Position numbers and translations under genes: made by a program
Shown here: one piece after another, positions 9,356 to 17,916 of the stretch
Position numbering within the stretch: the stretch's first letter is position 1
Layout: every line of letters begins with the position of its first letter
The notes under the pieces: model-generated
What the model was told of the DNA's origin: nothing
Seen by the model: only the letters and a program-made list of their open reading frames with translations
The model's database searches: none
Assembly (NCBI GenBank): GCA_022561975.1
Contig: JADFQD010000003.1
Location: forward strand, 1-63,183
Reading direction: 5' to 3'
From: Acidobacteriota bacterium
GTDB lineage: Bacteria > Acidobacteriota > Thermoanaerobaculia > Multivoradales > JAHEKO01
DNA length: 63,183 bases

Positions 9356-9517
9356 GAGGTAATTCTACCAGACCGTGGACGCGATGCCAGGCCTGCAAGA
9401 TGCAAGTCGCCCGTCGCGTGTAGGCGCCTTTGCTACGATCACCGCCGTGCCACAGAAGACACCTCCGCTGCGCGTCGAGCTCGCGGCGTCTTCCAAAGCC
9501 GACGAGAACAACTCATC

Positions 9518-10537
9518 GTGAACCGGAGAGCGGTATTGCTGAAGTTCTGGGCGCCGGTGCTGGCACTGTGGGTCTTGAGTTGCGGTCATTCTCAGATGCA
9601 GCGGCCGGCAGCCTCGGCAACCCAGGCATCCAAAATCGCGATCGACCTGCCGACACGGCAAGTGATTCAGCCGGAAACCGCGCCTCGACCAGAGGGTGAA
9701 GTGCCGCCGCCGCCGACAGATATTTTTCTGGTTGATCTCGACACGGCTGCCGCCCTCTGGCGGGTGGTCACGGTCACACGACTGACGGATCGCGATGGCT
9801 ATGACAACCAGCCCTTTTTCGAGGCTGGCGGCGACAGCCTCCTGTTTGCGTCGATGCGCGATGGCCAGACCGACATCTTTCGCCATCAACTGGATCTCGA
9901 TGAGACCGAGCGGCTCACGGAAACCGCCGAGAGCGAATACTCGCCGACTCCGATTCCGGGCTGGCCGGGTTTTTCGACGATCCGGGTCGAGGCCGACGGA
10001 ACCCAGCGGCTGTGGCGGTTTCCGCGTTCGCAGGGAGCCGGTCGCGAGCCCGAGCTGGTCTTCGAGGCGATTGCGCCGGTCGGGTACCACGCCTGGATCG
10101 ATCCACAGACCGTGGCGATGTTCGTGCTCGGCGAGCCCCACAGGCTGGTGATCGGCGATCTTCTCTCGCAGGAAGTTCGGACGGTCGCGACCGACATTGG
10201 CCGCGCGCTTCACCGAGTACCCGGCCAAGAGGCCGTGAGCTTCGTCGACAAGAGCGATCCCGAGCACTGGATGGTCTCGATCCTGGATATCCCAACCGGC
10301 AAGACGCAGAAGATCATCGAGACTCCGTCCGGGAGTGAGGACTTCGCTTGGTGGAGTCCCCACGAAGTCCTGATCGCGAGCGGCTCGAAGCTGTACCTGT
10401 TCGATCTCGATTCTCCGGACGCTTGGCGAGAGGTCGTCGATCTTGCCGAGCACGAGATCCATGGCATCACGCGTCTGGCGCGCTCGCCGGTGGGTGACCG
10501 CCTTGCAGTGGTCGGCGAGCGCAAAGGGGGCTGCTAA
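9518..10537 (+). CDS. TolB-like beta-propeller lipoprotein
   Basis: GTG start. Lipobox LWVLSCG. Repeated WD40-like/TolB-type blades (DGYDNQPFF, DIFRHQLD, EYSPTPIP, WWSPHEVL). Confidence 0.8.
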   Translation: MNRRAVLLKFWAPVLALWVLSCGHSQMQRPAASATQASKIAIDLPTRQVIQPETAPRPEGEVPPPPTDIFLVDLDTAAALWRVVTVTRLTDRDGYDNQPFFEAGGDSLLFASMRDGQTDIFRHQLDLDETERLTETAESEYSPTPIPGWPGFSTIRVEADGTQRLWRFPRSQGAGREPELVFEAIAPVGYHAWIDPQTVAMFVLGEPHRLVIGDLLSQEVRTVATDIGRALHRVPGQEAVSFVDKSDPEHWMVSILDIPTGKTQKIIETPSGSEDFAWWSPHEVLIASGSKLYLFDLDSPDAWREVVDLAEHEIHGITRLARSPVGDRLAVVGERKGGC

Positions 10538-12708
10538 CCAGGCCTCTTTCCCAGCGCTATCAGCCCGGATGGCGTCCGTAAAACCAGGAGGCCTTCGGAA
10601 ATCGCCGGCGTCGCCATCAGTGGCTCGCCGAAGTCGTGCACCGCCAGCTCTTTGTAACGGGTTCCGGCTTCGAGCACATAGAGCAACCCCTCTTCGGTAG
10701 CCACATAGAGCTTGCCGTTGGCCGCCACCGGCGAGGCGGTGAACGCTCCTGTGCGCGAGAACCGATTCTTGTAGATCGCTGAGCCGTCTCGAGCGTCATA
10801 GGCCACGATGCGACCGTTGTGGTGCACGATGTAGAGAAGGCCACGGTAAAGGAGCGGCGTTGGCATATAGGCGCCGCCTCTTGCATGGCTCCACAGGAGA
10901 CTCGCGTGCGCCTTTCCGGGTTTCACCTCGAGGTCGCCACGGGTTCCCGCAGGGATGGCATAGATCGGCTTGATCGGTGGGTAGCCGGCAGAGACGAAGG
11001 CCACGCCGTTGTGGACAATCGGCGTTGCGACTACCAGCTCTGAGTTGGGCCCGAGACTCCACAGCTCGATACCGGTCTCGGGGTCGTAGGCGTGGATGGT
11101 CGAGCCGTTGACGATCAGCTCGTCGCCATCCGGGCCTTCCAAGAGGGTCGGCGTGGCCCATGAAGGTGCCACGTCTCGCTCGGTGCGCCAAAGCTCTCGG
11201 CCGCTCTCGAGATCCCATGCCGCCAGATACGGGCCGCCGTGAATATCGACTTGTAAAATCGCTTGGTTGCCGTAGATCACCGGTGAGCTGGCGAATCCCC
11301 ACTCGATACCCGGATCGGTGAACGCTCCAGCGTTCAGGCCGCCGAGATCGTGGCGCCAGAGGAGCTCGCCGGCCATGTTCAAGCAGGCGAGTCCGGCGGT
11401 GGGGAAGACGACGACGATGTGCCTGCCGTCGGTTGCCGGGGTGGAGTTGGCCTGGGTGGCCTTGACGTGGCGCTTGGTGATCGGTACGGCACGCGCGACT
11501 TCGGTATCCCAGACCTGTTCACCCGTCCACTTGTCGAAGGCCAGAACTCGCCAGCTGTGCTCGACCTTCTCGTCGACAGCATCGCCGGCGCCGGTGAGGC
11601 CGGTGCGAATCGTTTGGTCGAGGCCCGCGGCAACCGCCGTGGTCACGAAGACCCGGTCTCCCCAAATCACCGGGCTCGAGTTGGCGAGGCCCGCCACCTC
11701 GGCTCGCCACAAGACCCCGTCTCCGGTTTCGAGGTCCCAGGTGGTCGGGACGTCGGCGCCATCGCCATTACCATCGGCATTGGTGCCCCGGAAACCCGGC
11801 CAATGGACGGTTCTTCGACGGCTCTCAGACTGGGCGAAAGCCGCGAATCGCGCCAGGGCTTCCGGGTCGGGCTCCGCCACGCTTCGCCGCAAACGCTCGG
11901 TTGGAGCGCCATCTCGTCGGATGGTGACGGCTTCGGAGGTTCGCGCGCGGCCGCTGAAATCCGCGGCGATCCCGGAGGCCGAGCGAAAGGAGTTCTCTCC
12001 GACGAGTTCGAGTTTGCCCATGGATTCGCCGTTCAGCGACATCACGAGGGTGCCCTCGCGAAGCGCGATCTCGACCGTGAGATCCGAGGTCCAGCCTTCG
12101 AATTTGCCGGTGAGGGCGTTCAGAGCTTCGAGACCGTATTCCGGAAGCGGCGGATCGGGGCGGCCTTCGATGGTGTCGAGTAATTCGAGCCACTCGGGCA
12201 AATTGGGCAATTCGGGCCAGGGCGTGTCGAGGCTCTGCGCTCGAGTCTTCAAGGTGTCACGACGCGAGGCGTAGAACGGACCTCCGGCGACCGCCGCCCG
12301 AGCCAGCTCGAGATCTTTGCCTTCGAGCGCGAAGTCGAATGCGTCCTCGCGTCCCTCGGCTCCGTGCCTCAGAAGAACCTTGGCCACGTCGAGTCGGCCT
12401 CTGAAGAAAAGGGCCATGTCGAGCGCTCGCGCTGCGTAGAAACCCTCTGCATGATTGATGTCGGCGCCCTTCTCCAGGAGCAACTCGACGATCTCGAGAC
12501 GACCTTCGCTTGCGGCCATCAAGAGGGCGGTGGCGCCGTACTTGTCGGTCGCGTCGACCGGAACTTCGGCCTCCAGGTGGGCGGTGACACTCTCCGCGTC
12601 TCCCGACCGAGCCGCGGTGAAAAGTCCATCCGGGGCCAGGGGGACCTGAGCCAGGCCTGTGCTTGCGATCATTAGGCACAGGCCGACCGAGCGGGTGAAA
12701 CAGGGCAT
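10534..12708 (-). CDS. ankyrin-repeat plus PQQ-like beta-propeller protein (secreted)
   Basis: AAGGAGG before ATG 12708. Signal peptide. Ankyrin repeats (GATALLMAASEGRLEIVELLLEKGADINH). C-terminal PQQ/BamB-like repeats (GELLWRHD, GRELWRTE, GIELWSL). Confidence 0.9.
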   Translation of the reverse strand: MPCFTRSVGLCLMIASTGLAQVPLAPDGLFTAARSGDAESVTAHLEAEVPVDATDKYGATALLMAASEGRLEIVELLLEKGADINHAEGFYAARALDMALFFRGRLDVAKVLLRHGAEGREDAFDFALEGKDLELARAAVAGGPFYASRRDTLKTRAQSLDTPWPELPNLPEWLELLDTIEGRPDPPLPEYGLEALNALTGKFEGWTSDLTVEIALREGTLVMSLNGESMGKLELVGENSFRSASGIAADFSGRARTSEAVTIRRDGAPTERLRRSVAEPDPEALARFAAFAQSESRRRTVHWPGFRGTNADGNGDGADVPTTWDLETGDGVLWRAEVAGLANSSPVIWGDRVFVTTAVAAGLDQTIRTGLTGAGDAVDEKVEHSWRVLAFDKWTGEQVWDTEVARAVPITKRHVKATQANSTPATDGRHIVVVFPTAGLACLNMAGELLWRHDLGGLNAGAFTDPGIEWGFASSPVIYGNQAILQVDIHGGPYLAAWDLESGRELWRTERDVAPSWATPTLLEGPDGDELIVNGSTIHAYDPETGIELWSLGPNSELVVATPIVHNGVAFVSAGYPPIKPIYAIPAGTRGDLEVKPGKAHASLLWSHARGGAYMPTPLLYRGLLYIVHHNGRIVAYDARDGSAIYKNRFSRTGAFTASPVAANGKLYVATEEGLLYVLEAGTRYKELAVHDFGEPLMATPAISEGLLVLRTPSGLIALGKRPG

Positions 12709-12794
12709 TCCAAGACCTCCTTGGGACGCTAAGGAGGATAACAGGGTAGTGATACCCTAACCGCCGTTTTGACTATGCAACTCGGGAGGTTTCG

Positions 12795-15700
12795 ATGAAG
12801 CGACCGGCCTTGATCTTTCTTGTCTTGGCAGCTCTGACGGCGAGCGCGGGCCTGGCCGCCCCGAAAAAGGCCGACAAGGCCGAGTCCGAACCGAAAGCCC
12901 TGTTTAGCGCCGACCTGCTGGCCGGATTGCCGCTACGCGCGATCGGGCCGGCTCTAGTCTCGGGCCGCATCAGCGACATCGCCGTCCATCCCCGACACCG
13001 CAGTACCTGGTATGTGGCCGCCGCGTCGGGCGGGGTATGGAAAACGGAGAACGCGGGCACGACGTGGACACCGATCTTCGACGATCAGGGCTCCTACTCG
13101 ATCGGGTGCGTCACACTCGATCCCAACGACCCGAAGGTGGTGTGGGTGGGCACCGGCGAGAACAACTCGCAAAGATCCGTCTCCTATGGCGACGGCGTCT
13201 ACAAGTCTCTCGATGGGGGTACGAGCTGGACCAACATGGGGCTGGCCGAGTCCGAACACATTGGCCGGATCGTGATCGATCCGCGAGATTCGAACGTCGT
13301 TTACGTTGCAGCCCAGGGACCGCTGTGGCGCGCGGGCGGGGACCGCGGCCTCTTCAAGAGCACCGACGGCGGCGAGAACTGGAAGAAAGTGCTCGATATC
13401 AGTGAGCACACCGGCGTCAACGAAGTCTGGATCGATCCGCGAAACCCGGACACGCTCTATGCTTCGTCGTATCAGCGGCGCCGTCGCGTTTGGACGTTGA
13501 TCAACGGCGGCCCCGAATCGACCATTTACAAGTCGACCGATGCCGGAGCAACCTGGGCGAAAATCGACAAGGGCCTGCCCGAGGAGGACAAGGGCAAGAT
13601 TGGGTTGGCAATATCGCCGGCCGATCCGGACGTGCTCTACGCGATTGTCGAATCGCTCGAGAAGAAAGGCGGTTTCTTTCGCTCGACCGATGGCGGATCG
13701 AACTGGGAAAAGCAGTCCGACTACGTCTCGGCGAGTCCGCAGTACTACAACGAGATCATCCCGGACCCGCACGATGTCGATCGCGTCTATTCGAACGACA
13801 CCTGGCTTCACGTCACGGAGAACGGCGGCAAGTCGTTCGAGAAGGTCCCGGAGTTCGCCAAGCACGTCGACAACCACGCACTCTGGATAGATCCGGACGA
13901 TACTCGGCACCTGATCGCGGGTTGTGACGGTGGCGTCTACGAGACTTGGGATCGCGGTCAGGCCTGGGACTTCAAGGCCAATCTGCCGATTACCCAGTTC
14001 TACAAGATCGCGATCGATAACGACCTGCCGTTCTACAACCTCTACGGCGGCACTCAGGACAATTCAACCCTGGGCGGTCCTTCCCGGAACACCTCCGAGC
14101 ACGGCATCACCAATCGGGACTGGTACGTGACCCGGGGCGGCGACGGTTTCGACCCCGGCGTGGACCCCGAGAATCCGAACATCGTGTACTCGCAGGCGCA
14201 GTACGGCAATCTGGTTCGGCTCGACAAGAAAAGCTGGGAAAAGACCGATATCCAGCCACAGACCGAGCCCGGTGAGGATCCGCCACGCTGGAACTGGGAC
14301 TCGGCGTTTCAGATCTCGCCACATTCGGCGGCGCGACTCTATTTCGCCTCCCAACGTCTCTACCGATCGGACGACCGCGGCGATTCCTGGCGGCCGGTGA
14401 GCCCGGATCTGACCCGTAACCTCGACCGCAACCAGCTCGAGGTCATGGACCGAATCTGGGGGGTGGACACGGTAGCGAAGAACAGAGCGACGTCGTTTTT
14501 CGGCAACATTGTCTCGGTCTCCGAGTCACCTCTGGTCGAAGATCTTCTCTACGTCGGCACCGATGACGGGTTGATTCAGGTGTCCGAGGATGGCGGCGCC
14601 AATTGGCGCAAGGTCGATTCGTTTCCGGGCGTGCCGGGTGTGCCGAAGATGGCCTATGTCAGCGACCTCGAGGCCTCATGGCACGATGCCGACACGGTGT
14701 TTGCGGCCCTGGAAGATCACAAGTCGGGCGACTTCAAGCCGTATCTGCTCGAGTCGTTGGATCGAGGGCGCACCTGGCGCTCGATCGTCGGAGATCTGCC
14801 GGAGAACGGCGTGGTCTACGCGTTGGCACAGGACCACGAGGTCGAAAAACTGCTCTTTGCCGGCACCGAGTTCGCGGCCTACGCGAGCGTCGATGGCGGC
14901 GCGCACTGGGCCAAGCTGGGCGGCCTGCCGGTGATCGCGGTTCGTGATCTGGAGATTCAGCGCCGGGAGAGCGACTTGGTCGTGGGTACTTTCGGACGGG
15001 GAATTTTTGTCCTCGACGACTACTCGCCACTGCGGCGAATGAGCGAGGAATCGCTCGGCGCGGAAGCGATTCTGTTTCCGATGCGTCGCACTTGGATGTT
15101 CCAGAAGAGTTTCGAGCTTGGCTACAACAACATTGCCTTCTTGGGCGACGCGTTCTACTCGGCGCCAAATCCGCCCGTGGGAGCGGTCTTCACCTACTAC
15201 CTGAAACATGACATCGAGTCGCCCCTGGAGGCTCGCCGGGAAGCCGAGAAGAAGAAACAAGCGGCGGGCGAGACCATCGGGTATCCGAGCTGGGAAGAGC
15301 TACGCGTCGAGGATCGGGCCGAGGAGCCGGCCATCGTTCTCACCGTGCGCGACGCCGACGGCTACGTGGTTCGACGCCTCACCGGACCGGTGAAGCAGGG
15401 AGTTCACCGGGTAGCCTGGGATCTTCGCTACCCGCCTTCAGAACCCGCCCAGCTCGAGCCGCCGGAGAAGAACGCTTTCTCGAGCGAACCGATGGGTCCC
15501 ATGGTCGTGCCGGGCACCTATTCCGTGTCTTTGGCCAAGTGGGAAAATAACCAGCTCACCCAGCTGGCGTCGGGCCAGAGCTTCGAGACCATTCCGACCG
15601 GCGCGGTACAGCTCGCAGCCGCAGACCGTGACGCCCTGCTCGCGTTTCAAAAGAAACTCGCCCGGCTCCAGCGTGCGGTCCTGGGCGCGAATCGGTTGGT

Positions 15701-16100
15701 GGAGGAGACCCAAAAACGGATAGACCATCTACGTCGCGCGGCGGTCGATACTCCCAATGGCAAGGCGGAGTGGATGTCGCGATTGGAGGATACGGAAACT
15801 GCGCTCGAGAGCCTAAAGAGCGAGCTCGAGGGTGACGAGACCGTCTCGAGCCGCAGTGAGCCGACTCCGCCGTCGATTACCGGTCGCGTGGAGCGCGCGG
15901 TTTCGCAGGGCTGGACCTCGAGTTCGGCGCCCACCGCGACGCAGAAAAGAGGCTACGAGATTGCCGCCGAAGCGTTCGCGCCGGTGCTCGCGGGCCTGCG
16001 CGATCTGATCGAGAAAGATCTCGGCGCCCTCGAGCTCGAGATGGAGGCCGCGGGAGCGCCGTGGACACCGGGCAGGATTCCAAGCTGGCAACCGGAGTAG
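12795..16100 (+). CDS. BNR/Asp-box repeat, sortilin/VPS10-like 'glycosyl hydrolase' family protein
   Basis: GGGAGG before the ATG. Signal peptide. At least 8 SxDxGxTW boxes (SLDGGTSWT, STDGGENWK, STDAGATWA, STDGGSNWE, SDDRGDSWR, SEDGGANWR, SLDRGRTWR, SVDGGAHWA). 1101 aa. Confidence 0.9.
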   Translation: MKRPALIFLVLAALTASAGLAAPKKADKAESEPKALFSADLLAGLPLRAIGPALVSGRISDIAVHPRHRSTWYVAAASGGVWKTENAGTTWTPIFDDQGSYSIGCVTLDPNDPKVVWVGTGENNSQRSVSYGDGVYKSLDGGTSWTNMGLAESEHIGRIVIDPRDSNVVYVAAQGPLWRAGGDRGLFKSTDGGENWKKVLDISEHTGVNEVWIDPRNPDTLYASSYQRRRRVWTLINGGPESTIYKSTDAGATWAKIDKGLPEEDKGKIGLAISPADPDVLYAIVESLEKKGGFFRSTDGGSNWEKQSDYVSASPQYYNEIIPDPHDVDRVYSNDTWLHVTENGGKSFEKVPEFAKHVDNHALWIDPDDTRHLIAGCDGGVYETWDRGQAWDFKANLPITQFYKIAIDNDLPFYNLYGGTQDNSTLGGPSRNTSEHGITNRDWYVTRGGDGFDPGVDPENPNIVYSQAQYGNLVRLDKKSWEKTDIQPQTEPGEDPPRWNWDSAFQISPHSAARLYFASQRLYRSDDRGDSWRPVSPDLTRNLDRNQLEVMDRIWGVDTVAKNRATSFFGNIVSVSESPLVEDLLYVGTDDGLIQVSEDGGANWRKVDSFPGVPGVPKMAYVSDLEASWHDADTVFAALEDHKSGDFKPYLLESLDRGRTWRSIVGDLPENGVVYALAQDHEVEKLLFAGTEFAAYASVDGGAHWAKLGGLPVIAVRDLEIQRRESDLVVGTFGRGIFVLDDYSPLRRMSEESLGAEAILFPMRRTWMFQKSFELGYNNIAFLGDAFYSAPNPPVGAVFTYYLKHDIESPLEARREAEKKKQAAGETIGYPSWEELRVEDRAEEPAIVLTVRDADGYVVRRLTGPVKQGVHRVAWDLRYPPSEPAQLEPPEKNAFSSEPMGPMVVPGTYSVSLAKWENNQLTQLASGQSFETIPTGAVQLAAADRDALLAFQKKLARLQRAVLGANRLVEETQKRIDHLRRAAVDTPNGKAEWMSRLEDTETALESLKSELEGDETVSSRSEPTPPSITGRVERAVSQGWTSSSAPTATQKRGYEIAAEAFAPVLAGLRDLIEKDLGALELEMEAAGAPWTPGRIPSWQPE

Positions 16101-16110
16101 GAGTGACCCA

Positions 16111-17916
16111 ATGAACCGAACCAGAATCTTATTCAGGCTCGTGGTTGCCATTGTGGCAATCGGCGGCACGGTCGCGACGGCGTCGGCGTTGTCCGCGGCC
16201 AATCCGGTGGACGAAGTCGCTCGACTGCAGGATCTGTTTGACCGCGAATGGGAGTTTCGACTCAAGTCGAGTCCGCTATTGGCGACCAGCGTCGGACGCA
16301 ACGAATGGAATCATCTTCTTCCGGATGTCTCGGCGGCCGCGCTCGAACGGCAAGCGCAGGCGACGCGAGATTTCCTCGTGGAGCTTGCGGCGATCGATCG
16401 TCTAACGCTCGAGCGAGTGGACCAGGTCAACTACGACATTTTCAGACGCCAGCTCGAGCTACGCGTCGCGAGTCACGAATTCAGCGAGTACCAGATACCG
16501 CTCAACGCCGACTCGGGCTTCCACAGCAACTTCGCTCGCCTGGGCAACAACATGCCCTTTGCGACCGTCGAGGACTACGAAAACTACATCGCGCGGCTGC
16601 GTCTGTTCGCCGGCTATGCGGGCCAGCAGATCGAGAACATGCAGGCCGGCCTTGAGCGCGGCATGGTCCTACCCAAGGTCGTTTTACGGGGACTCGAAGG
16701 GACGATTTCGTCGCACATAATTGATCGGGCCGAGGACAGTGTCTTCTGGGCGCCGTTTGCGAAGTTCCCGCGCCTGTTCACGGATGACGAGCGCGCGCGG
16801 CTGAGCGAATCGGGAGCCAAGGCGATCCTCGAAGGCATCGTGCCGGGCTATGCGGCCTTTCTCGAGTTCATGACCGAGGAGTACATCCCCGGATCGCGGG
16901 ACTCGTTGGGGGCTTCCGAGCTTCCCAACGGCTCCGACTACTATCAGTACACGATCCGAAAGTTCACGACCCTGGACCTGACCGCGGCCGAGATTCACGA
17001 GATCGGCCGCTCGGAAGTGGAGCGTATTCGCGCCGAGATGGAGGCGGTCATCGAGGCGGTCGAGTTCGACGGCAGCTTCGATGAGTTCCTGACGTTCCTG
17101 CGCACCGACCCGCGCTTCTACGTCGACACCCCCGAGGCGCTGCTCAAGGAGGCCGCCTGGATCGCGAAGCGTATGGACGGCAAACTGCCGGCACTGTTCA
17201 AGACCCTGCCACGCCTGCCGTATACCGTCGAGCCGGTGCCGGACTACCTGGCGCCCAAGTACACGACCGGGCGTTACGTCGACCCGCCCCAGGGGAGCGT
17301 CGAGCCGGGCCGCTATTGGGTCAATACCTACAATCTGCCGGCGCGACCGCTCTACAACCTGGAAGCACTGTCGTTGCACGAGGCGGTTCCCGGGCATCAC
17401 CTTCAGATCTCACTCAACCGTGAGCTCGAGGGGCTGCCCGACTTTCGTCGCTTCTCCTATATCTCGGCCTTCGGGGAGGGCTGGGGGCTGTACTCCGAAT
17501 GGCTCGGCCTCGAAGCCGGCTTCTACACCGATCCGTATTCGAACTTCGGCCGTCTGACCTACGAGATGTGGCGAGCGTGCCGGCTGGTGGTCGACACCGG
17601 AATCCACGCCATGGGTTGGACCCGCGAGGAGGTGATCGATTTCCTGGCCTCCAACACCGCCCTGCCACTGCACGAGGTCGAAACCGAGACCGATCGCTAT
17701 ATCTCGTGGCCCGGGCAGGCGCTCTCCTACAAACTCGGCGAGCTCGAGATCAAGAAGCTGCGCCGACGAGCCGAGGAGCGACTCGGTGATCGCTTCGACG
17801 TGCGCGAGTTTCACGACGCCGTGCTGCTCAGCGGCTCGGTGCCGCTGCCGGTGCTCGAGGAGAACATCGACCGCTTCATCGAGGCGAAGACGAGGACCGT
17901 GGCCCCGCTGGATTAG
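16111..17916 (+). CDS. DUF885-family protein (metallopeptidase-like)
   Basis: Lies 10 nt after the previous gene. Signal peptide. HEAVPGHHLQ and EGWGLYSE motifs characteristic of DUF885. Confidence 0.9.
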   Translation: MNRTRILFRLVVAIVAIGGTVATASALSAANPVDEVARLQDLFDREWEFRLKSSPLLATSVGRNEWNHLLPDVSAAALERQAQATRDFLVELAAIDRLTLERVDQVNYDIFRRQLELRVASHEFSEYQIPLNADSGFHSNFARLGNNMPFATVEDYENYIARLRLFAGYAGQQIENMQAGLERGMVLPKVVLRGLEGTISSHIIDRAEDSVFWAPFAKFPRLFTDDERARLSESGAKAILEGIVPGYAAFLEFMTEEYIPGSRDSLGASELPNGSDYYQYTIRKFTTLDLTAAEIHEIGRSEVERIRAEMEAVIEAVEFDGSFDEFLTFLRTDPRFYVDTPEALLKEAAWIAKRMDGKLPALFKTLPRLPYTVEPVPDYLAPKYTTGRYVDPPQGSVEPGRYWVNTYNLPARPLYNLEALSLHEAVPGHHLQISLNRELEGLPDFRRFSYISAFGEGWGLYSEWLGLEAGFYTDPYSNFGRLTYEMWRACRLVVDTGIHAMGWTREEVIDFLASNTALPLHEVETETDRYISWPGQALSYKLGELEIKKLRRRAEERLGDRFDVREFHDAVLLSGSVPLPVLEENIDRFIEAKTRTVAPLD